DNA of 32,000 nucleotides from Gynuella sp. (lineage in GTDB: Bacteria; Pseudomonadota; Gammaproteobacteria; Pseudomonadales; Natronospirillaceae). Made by a program: the position numbers and the translations under genes. This document shows positions 26,698-32,000 of the stretch, piece by piece. The stretch is from assembly GCA_028282465.1 (NCBI GenBank), contig JANQHX010000030.1, positions 16,191 through 48,190 of the forward strand, in the 5' to 3' direction. The first letter of the stretch is position 1, and each line of letters begins with the position of its first letter. The notes under the pieces are model-generated. The model had not been told where the DNA came from and ran no database searches. It saw only the letters and a program-made list of their open reading frames with translations.

Positions 26698-27543
26698 ATG
26701 GCGTTATCTGAAGCAACTAACGAATTTCAACAGCGTGAATTTCCTATGACAGATTCTGATTTCAAGACTCTGTCAAGCATTGCTTATAATGCCACTGGCA
26801 TCGTTCTGGGAGATCACAAACGAAATCTTGTTTATAGCCGGTTAGCTAGACGAATCAGAAGTTTAAGCCTAAATAGCTTTAAAACTTATTGTGATGTTCT
26901 AGAAGGTGGTAATGAAGAAGAGTTGGATAATTTTGTTAATGCCATTACTACAAATCTGACTTCGTTTTTCAGAGAAAGTCATCACTTTGATTTTTTAGAA
27001 GAACTTCTGGAAAGAAAGCGAAAGGAAGGCAAGAGAAGTATCAGAATTTGGTCGGCGGGTTGTTCTACAGGTGAAGAGCCTTATTCAATCGCAATCACCA
27101 TTAGAAAAGTATTTGGTGATTCCCACGGATACGACGTGAAATTATTAGCAACTGATTTGGATTCTAATGTGTTGAATCATGGCCGGGAAGGAATATATGA
27201 CTATTCTAGAGTAGAGGCCTTAGATAAAAGAATTATCTCAACAAACTTCTCTAAAAATGTTGGCGGTTCCCAAGTAAAAGTAAAGCCTGAAATACGAAAG
27301 TACATACAATTCAATCGCCTAAATCTTTTATCTAGTTGGCCCATGACCAAAAAGTTTGATGTCATCTTCTGTCGTAATGTGGTGATTTATTTTAATAAAG
27401 AAACTCAGAAAGTTTTGTTTGATCGTTACGCACAGCAGTTAAATGAAGATGGCTATTTGATTATTGGGCATTCAGAAAATTTACATGGTGTGACTACGCG
27501 TTTTAAGTCATTAGGTCGCACCATTTATAAAAGGGTCAAGTAG
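26698..27543 (+). CDS. cheR: chemotaxis protein methyltransferase CheR
   Basis: ..GIVLGDHKRNLVYSRLARRIR.., ..FFRESHHFDFL.. and the SAM-binding ..IRIWSAGCSTGEEPYSIAI... The start could instead be the second Met, at aa 17. Confidence 0.92.
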   Translation: MALSEATNEFQQREFPMTDSDFKTLSSIAYNATGIVLGDHKRNLVYSRLARRIRSLSLNSFKTYCDVLEGGNEEELDNFVNAITTNLTSFFRESHHFDFLEELLERKRKEGKRSIRIWSAGCSTGEEPYSIAITIRKVFGDSHGYDVKLLATDLDSNVLNHGREGIYDYSRVEALDKRIISTNFSKNVGGSQVKVKPEIRKYIQFNRLNLLSSWPMTKKFDVIFCRNVVIYFNKETQKVLFDRYAQQLNEDGYLIIGHSENLHGVTTRFKSLGRTIYKRVK

Positions 27544-27548
27544 CTATT

Positions 27549-28190
27549 GTGAAACCAGTGACTCCACAGCAACCACAGCCAGATCCTTTTCGCGGTTTCG
27601 AACATATTAATAGGTTCTGGGACAAAGGTTTTAGTCAGTGGTCGGCCAAAATTTTACCTGGAGAGTTTTATGTGTCTCCGGGCGGGGAAGTTATCTCTAC
27701 TGTGTTAGGTTCCTGCATCTCTGTCTGTATTAAAGACAAACAGACAGGCGTTGGTGGTATGAATCATTTTATGTTGCCCTCTCAAGAAGAACACTCGTCT
27801 GTAGACTGGGGTTCAAATTCGTCGGCGGCCAGATACGGTAACTGGGCGATGGAATACCTAATTAACGAAATCATGAAAAACGGTGGACTAAAAAGAAATT
27901 TTGAAGTGAAGGTGTTCGGCGGCGGTCAAATTTTGGCGAACATGACAGACATTGGTCAGCGCAATATTTTATTTGCTCTAGATTTTTTAAGGCGTGAAGG
28001 ATTAAACCCAGATGCATGTGATGTTGGTGATGTTTATCCACGAAAAGTTTACTTCAATGTTGATACCGGAAAGGTGAGGGTTCGAAAGCTATCTGCCATG
28101 AAGAATCAGACTATTGTGCGTCGTGAGAAAGCTTATATGGATAGCATAGAAGAACATAAAGATGATGTGGATATTGAACTGTTTGATTGA
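27549..28190 (+). CDS. cheD: chemoreceptor glutamine deamidase CheD
   Basis: 213 aa with a GTG start. It has the CheD catalytic-type motifs ..TVLGSCISVCI.. and ..GGMNHFMLP.. Confidence 0.88.
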   Translation: MKPVTPQQPQPDPFRGFEHINRFWDKGFSQWSAKILPGEFYVSPGGEVISTVLGSCISVCIKDKQTGVGGMNHFMLPSQEEHSSVDWGSNSSAARYGNWAMEYLINEIMKNGGLKRNFEVKVFGGGQILANMTDIGQRNILFALDFLRREGLNPDACDVGDVYPRKVYFNVDTGKVRVRKLSAMKNQTIVRREKAYMDSIEEHKDDVDIELFD

Positions 28191-28199
28191 GGATAAAGA

Positions 28200-29255
28200 A
28201 TGGCGATTAAAGTACTGATCATCGATGATTCAGCAGTCATTCGTCAGGTGTTGCAACAAATTCTCGGTTCCGACTCCAGAATTGAAGTGGTAGGCACCGC
28301 AGCAGATCCGATCATTGCAAGGGAAAAAATTAAGCAATTGAAACCGGATGTGCTAACCCTTGACATAGAAATGCCAAAGATGGATGGCATAACCTTTTTA
28401 AAAAATTTAATGCGTTTACATCCCTTGCCCGTCATCATGATTTCAACCTTAACCCAAAAGGGCGCGGGCGTTACTTTAGATGCATTAGCCATAGGTGCAG
28501 TAGATTTTGTTGCTAAGCCACAGATGAGTGCGGCACAGAAACTCATTGACGATTATGCAGAAGATATTATTGAAAAGGTAATTACGGCGGCAAGTTCAAA
28601 TGTGAAAGCATTTGACCCGGAAGAGTTTACCTCTCATCAAAAACTAGAACCTATTAAGCAACCAACAAACAGTAAGCCGTTAACCTATCCTGTCATAGCC
28701 ATTGGTGCATCCACTGGTGGTACAGAAGCAATTAAAGATGTGCTTGCCAGATTACCAACATCATTTCCTCCAATTATCATAACTCAACATATTCCCGTTG
28801 AATTTAGTGAATCTTATGCTCAAAGATTAAACAAAAATTGCGAGTTAACTGTGCATCATGTGACCAGCCCAATGCCGTTGAGCCCAGGTAATGCCTATTT
28901 AGCACCGGGTGACAAACATTTATTAGTGACCAAAGAGCGGGGGCAGTATTATTGCCAATTATCAGATGGCCCAAAAGTAAATCGACACAAACCCTCTGTT
29001 GAGGTTATGTTTGATTCAGCACTGAATCTATTTGGGGAGAAGTTGGTAGGATTAATGCTGACTGGAATGGGGGCAGACGGTGCGGAATCCATGTTGAGGA
29101 TGCACGAAAAAGGCTGCCATACTATTGCACAAAGTGAAAAAACTTCAGTCGTTTGGGGTATGCCTGGTGCGGCCGTCGCGCTCAATGCTGTTGATAAGGT
29201 ATTGGATTTAAATGAAATTGCCCTGTACTTAGGAAATTACATTAAAAAATTCTAG
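28200..29255 (+). CDS. cheB: chemotaxis methylesterase/deamidase CheB (REC + CheB_methylest)
   Basis: REC domain (..VLIIDDSAVIRQ..LTLDIEMPKMDG..) and esterase domain (..IGASTGGTEA..GMGADG..). GAGGA RBS. Confidence 0.93.
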   Translation: MAIKVLIIDDSAVIRQVLQQILGSDSRIEVVGTAADPIIAREKIKQLKPDVLTLDIEMPKMDGITFLKNLMRLHPLPVIMISTLTQKGAGVTLDALAIGAVDFVAKPQMSAAQKLIDDYAEDIIEKVITAASSNVKAFDPEEFTSHQKLEPIKQPTNSKPLTYPVIAIGASTGGTEAIKDVLARLPTSFPPIIITQHIPVEFSESYAQRLNKNCELTVHHVTSPMPLSPGNAYLAPGDKHLLVTKERGQYYCQLSDGPKVNRHKPSVEVMFDSALNLFGEKLVGLMLTGMGADGAESMLRMHEKGCHTIAQSEKTSVVWGMPGAAVALNAVDKVLDLNEIALYLGNYIKKF

Positions 29256-29344
29256 CTATCGGAAAACACTATTGCACTAACCACACATAGGTCTAAACTG
29301 AAAATGAAACTTGGCCCAAAATGTTAAAAAAGGGGTAGATATAT

Positions 29345-29650
29345 ATGACTATTTCCGCTATTGGTAGTGGTGATGGAAAAGAGTTAACCATTAAAGTTTC
29401 GGGGCGTTTTGATTTCAGCGCGCACCAGGAATTTAGGCAGGTTTATGAAGGTGCATCACCTGATATTGAAAGCTATGTTGTTGATATGGCAGAAGCTACC
29501 TATTTAGACAGTTCGGCGTTGGGTATGCTGTTATTGTTGAGAGACCATGCGGGTGGTGATTCAGCAAACATTAAAATCAGTAACTGCAACAGCGATGTGA
29601 AAAAGATTTTGACCATTTCAAATTTCGGACAGTTGTTCGCAATTGATTAA
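29345..29650 (+). CDS. STAS-domain anti-sigma-factor antagonist (HsbA-like)
   Basis: 101 aa. '..EATYLDSSALGMLLLL..' carries the conserved Ser (Ser56 by my count). It lies directly upstream of the REC-PP2C-kinase gene, as hsbA/hsbR do in P. aeruginosa. Confidence 0.82.
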   Translation: MTISAIGSGDGKELTIKVSGRFDFSAHQEFRQVYEGASPDIESYVVDMAEATYLDSSALGMLLLLRDHAGGDSANIKISNCNSDVKKILTISNFGQLFAID

Positions 29651-29666
29651 CCGTCACCTAAAGACT

Positions 29667-29702
29667 GCAAGCTAGATACTGTTTTACTAGCTTGCCGTTT
29701 TA
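29667..29702 (+). terminator. strong hairpin with a U-rich tail between the STAS gene and the hsbR-like gene (terminator or attenuator)
   Basis: GCAAGCTAG (29667-29675) pairs with CTAGCTTGC (29687-29695): a perfect 9-bp stem with an 11-nt loop, followed by CGTTTTATC. Confidence 0.6.
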
Positions 29703-29726
29703 TCTCCCTTCGGTTTGAGAGTATTT

Positions 29727-31418
29727 ATGTCTAAAAGCCTTAAAATTCTTATCGCCGATGACAATGACTCCGATCGCTTAATTCTTACCGCTATTGTCAA
29801 AAAAGAAGGGCATGAATCGGTAACTGCTGCTAACGGTCAAGAAGCCGTTGATATGTATAAAGAGCATAAGCCTGATATTGTACTGCTGGATGCCCTCATG
29901 CCAGTGATGGATGGTTTTAATGCCGCCAGATTGATCAAAGAAGCCTCGGGTGAAGACCTTGTTCCCATTATTTTTCTAACCAGCTTGCAAGACGCAGCCT
30001 CGCTAGCGAAATGTTTGGACTCTGGTGGAGATGATTTTCTTTCTAAGCCTTACAACCGAATTATTCTAAAAGCAAAAATAAATGCTTTTAGTCGCATGAG
30101 AACCATGCATTCTGCAATTCAGGAGCACAACAAACAATTGCTCTTGGAACAACAAGTTGCCAAAACGATTTTTGATAACGTCGCTCATTTAGGCTGCTTA
30201 GATGCAGGAAACCTAAAATACTCTTTATCGCCACTAGCCGTATTTAATGGCGACACGGTTTTAGCAGAACGAAAACCTGATGGCGGTATGTATGTTTTTT
30301 TGGGTGACTTTACCGGGCATGGATTACCTGCAGCCGTAGGGTCATTACCTCTTGCCGAAATTTTTTATGGTATGACAGGTAAAGGTTTTAACATCGAAGA
30401 AATTCTTCGAGAGATAAACCAGAAACTCAGAAAAATATTACCAACGGGCGTATTTTGTTGTGGCTCCATGATAGACATGGACTTCTATGAAAAGTCTGCC
30501 AAGGTTTGGGTGGGAGGCTTACCAAACTGTTTTCTTTACCATTCTGGTAATAAAGAAATTACAGAATTAATTTCTAAAAATCTTCCGCTTGGGGTTTTAG
30601 ACTCCAAAAGTTTTAAGCCAGTATTTGAAGAATACTCATTGGATATTGGTGACAGATTCTTTCTATGGTCTGATGGTATTATCGAATCCCGGAATGTCGA
30701 AGGCGAAATGTTTGGAGAAGATCGCTTAAGAGACGTTTTCTATAAATGCCAAGAGCCTGAAGAACTGTTCCAGCAAACTCTGTCAGCCGTTGATGAATTT
30801 ATTGGTGTCGAAGGTGTCAGAGACGACGATATTACCGTGCTGGAAGCCAAGATGGTTGAGCATGCGGAATTGGGTGAAAGCAATCTCCAAAACATGAAGG
30901 GCACATCGGTAGGCCCTATGGATTGGGAGCTTGAGTTTGTATTAAAGGCGGCGACCCTAAAACTCTACAACCCATTGCCATTGGTGCTTCACATAGTTAC
31001 TGAAGTGGAAGGGTTGCGCTCTGTGAGCGGCCAGCTTTATACCCTATTGGCTGAATTGTTTTCCAATGCACTGGAACACGGTGTATTAAATCTTAGCTCA
31101 GAGCTCAAAAAATCGACTGCGGGTTTTGCAGAATATTATCAGGCAAGAACCAAAGCGCTTGAACAGCTTTCTGAGGGTGAGGTAAAAGTCACCTTAAGGC
31201 ACAAACCATTAAACCTGGGAGGTTTGTTAACCATTCGGATGGAAGACACTGGAAATGGCTTTGATCATGAATCAATTATCAATAGAAGTCGAACCAATAA
31301 AGAATATAGTGGTAGGGGCTTGCCTTTGATTTCCAAAATCTGCGATAGTTTCGCCTATAAAGGTAAAGGCAACATTGTGGAAGCTACCATTCAATGGCCT
31401 GTAGTTAAAAAGATATAG
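29727..31418 (+). CDS. HsbR-like response regulator: REC, PP2C/SpoIIE Ser phosphatase, and HATPase-type anti-sigma Ser kinase
   Basis: REC domain (..ILIADDNDSD..IVLLDALMPVMDG..), SpoIIE-type domain (..GGMYVFLGDFTGHGLPAAV..RDDDITVLE..), and C-terminal N/G boxes (..ELFSNALEHG..EDTGNGFD..GRGLPL..). The start is set to the ATG at 29727; the tracked start at 29715 is a TTG. Confidence 0.85.
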   Translation: MSKSLKILIADDNDSDRLILTAIVKKEGHESVTAANGQEAVDMYKEHKPDIVLLDALMPVMDGFNAARLIKEASGEDLVPIIFLTSLQDAASLAKCLDSGGDDFLSKPYNRIILKAKINAFSRMRTMHSAIQEHNKQLLLEQQVAKTIFDNVAHLGCLDAGNLKYSLSPLAVFNGDTVLAERKPDGGMYVFLGDFTGHGLPAAVGSLPLAEIFYGMTGKGFNIEEILREINQKLRKILPTGVFCCGSMIDMDFYEKSAKVWVGGLPNCFLYHSGNKEITELISKNLPLGVLDSKSFKPVFEEYSLDIGDRFFLWSDGIIESRNVEGEMFGEDRLRDVFYKCQEPEELFQQTLSAVDEFIGVEGVRDDDITVLEAKMVEHAELGESNLQNMKGTSVGPMDWELEFVLKAATLKLYNPLPLVLHIVTEVEGLRSVSGQLYTLLAELFSNALEHGVLNLSSELKKSTAGFAEYYQARTKALEQLSEGEVKVTLRHKPLNLGGLLTIRMEDTGNGFDHESIINRSRTNKEYSGRGLPLISKICDSFAYKGKGNIVEATIQWPVVKKI

Positions 31419-31442
31419 AACTGAAACAGTCGGAGAAATCTC

Positions 31443-31790
31443 TTGGTTGATGTTAATGACCATTTAAACACCGAAGCATTAGATGAATTGAAAGAAGTAA
31501 TGGAAGACGACTTTAGTTTATTGATAGATACCTTTGTAACCGATAGCGAAACCAGGCTACAAACTTTGTCAGACTTAGTGATGGGAACGGATGCCGATGC
31601 AATTAGACGGGAAGCGCACAGTCTAAAAGGCAGCAGTAGTAATATTGGAGCCACTAAGATGACAGACCTTTGCAAGAGCCTTGAAGATCAGGGCAAAGAT
31701 GGGGTTCTGGACGGCGTACAGGGCTTAAAAGATGCTATCGCACAGGAATACCAATTGGTCAAAGGCCTTCTTGAGCAGCACTATAGTTAG
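31443..31790 (+). CDS. single-domain histidine phosphotransfer (Hpt) protein, HptB-like
   Basis: ..IRREAHSLKGSSSNIGA.. is the canonical Hpt phospho-His motif. The TTG start follows GGAG with a 7-nt spacer. The alternative ATG at 31500 would truncate the first helix. Confidence 0.82.
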   Translation: MVDVNDHLNTEALDELKEVMEDDFSLLIDTFVTDSETRLQTLSDLVMGTDADAIRREAHSLKGSSSNIGATKMTDLCKSLEDQGKDGVLDGVQGLKDAIAQEYQLVKGLLEQHYS

Positions 31791-31809
31791 TGCTGCTTTT
31801 TCGTTTTTT
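31774..31809 (+). terminator. rho-independent terminator closing the che / partner-switch block
   Basis: AGCAGCAC (31774-31781) pairs with GTGCTGCT (31790-31797): an 8-bp stem with an 8-nt loop that contains the Hpt stop codon, followed by TTTTCGTTTTTT. Confidence 0.85.
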
Positions 31810-31889
31810 CACCTGCTTATTTTCCCACCAAACAGCTACTTAGCCTAGCTGGCATAAAATCAAAATAAATCCCTAACTATCTTAATCCT

Positions 31890-31905
31890 TGGCCTTTGCT
31901 TTGCT
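31890..31905 (+). promoter_or_regulatory. second sigma54 (-24/-12) promoter
   Basis: TGGCCTTTGCTTTGCT has the same TGGCCTT...TTTGCT frame as the fliE promoter, with GG and GC at the consensus spacing. It lies 38 nt upstream of an ATG. Confidence 0.6.
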
Positions 31906-31942
31906 ATTTCTCCGATAAACGAACGCTTCAGAGTTTAGGTTT

Positions 31943-32000
31943 ATGTTGCAGGCATCTTTTCTGAATCTACTAATGGGTTCTGATATTCACTCCAGCGAAA
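31943..32000 (+). CDS. 5' end of an ORF running off the window (MLQASFLNLLMGSDIHSSE..); by position possibly the next flagellar operon (fliK-like)
   Basis: The ATG at 31943 follows the sigma54 promoter, and the frame is open to the window end. Only 19 codons are visible, so the product cannot be identified. Confidence 0.3.
   Translation, partial: MLQASFLNLLMGSDIHSSE

Overview
Chromosomal window from a moderately AT-rich, probably marine gammaproteobacterium with a sigma54-driven polar-type flagellar cluster; the taxon is a guess from protein similarity and gene order only. There are four blocks. (1) 1-6.3 kb is nucleoside catabolism: the 3' end of cdd on the plus strand, converging on a minus-strand operon xapX-like/nupC/deoC/deoA/deoB/deoD that has a near-consensus CRP site in its promoter region. 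(2) 6.4-10.4 kb is an accessory and iron-storage stretch. It holds a 466-aa protein of unknown function with two zinc ribbons and an IS1 InsA-like segment, a Fur-box-preceded Cys-rich ORF, two complementary bacterioferritin subunits, and bfd. (3) 10.5-17.2 kb is fliE-fliF-fliG-fliH-fliI-fliJ behind a good sigma54 promoter; FliH and FliI carry unusual charged extensions. (4) 17.3-31.8 kb is the most interesting part. It runs STAS, cheY, cheA, cheW, two paralogous transmembrane MCPs (each with two Aer2-like PAS domains), cheR, cheD, cheB, which is the Che2/F7-type gene order. This is followed by STAS, a REC-PP2C-Ser-kinase protein and an Hpt protein, which is the HsbA/HsbR/HptB-type partner-switch architecture. 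After that come a strong terminator, a second sigma54 promoter and the first codons of another ORF. I saw no rRNA, tRNA, CRISPR array or intact IS element. All function calls rest on my reading of the translated ORFs, recalled family motifs and hand-counted positions; no database search was run.
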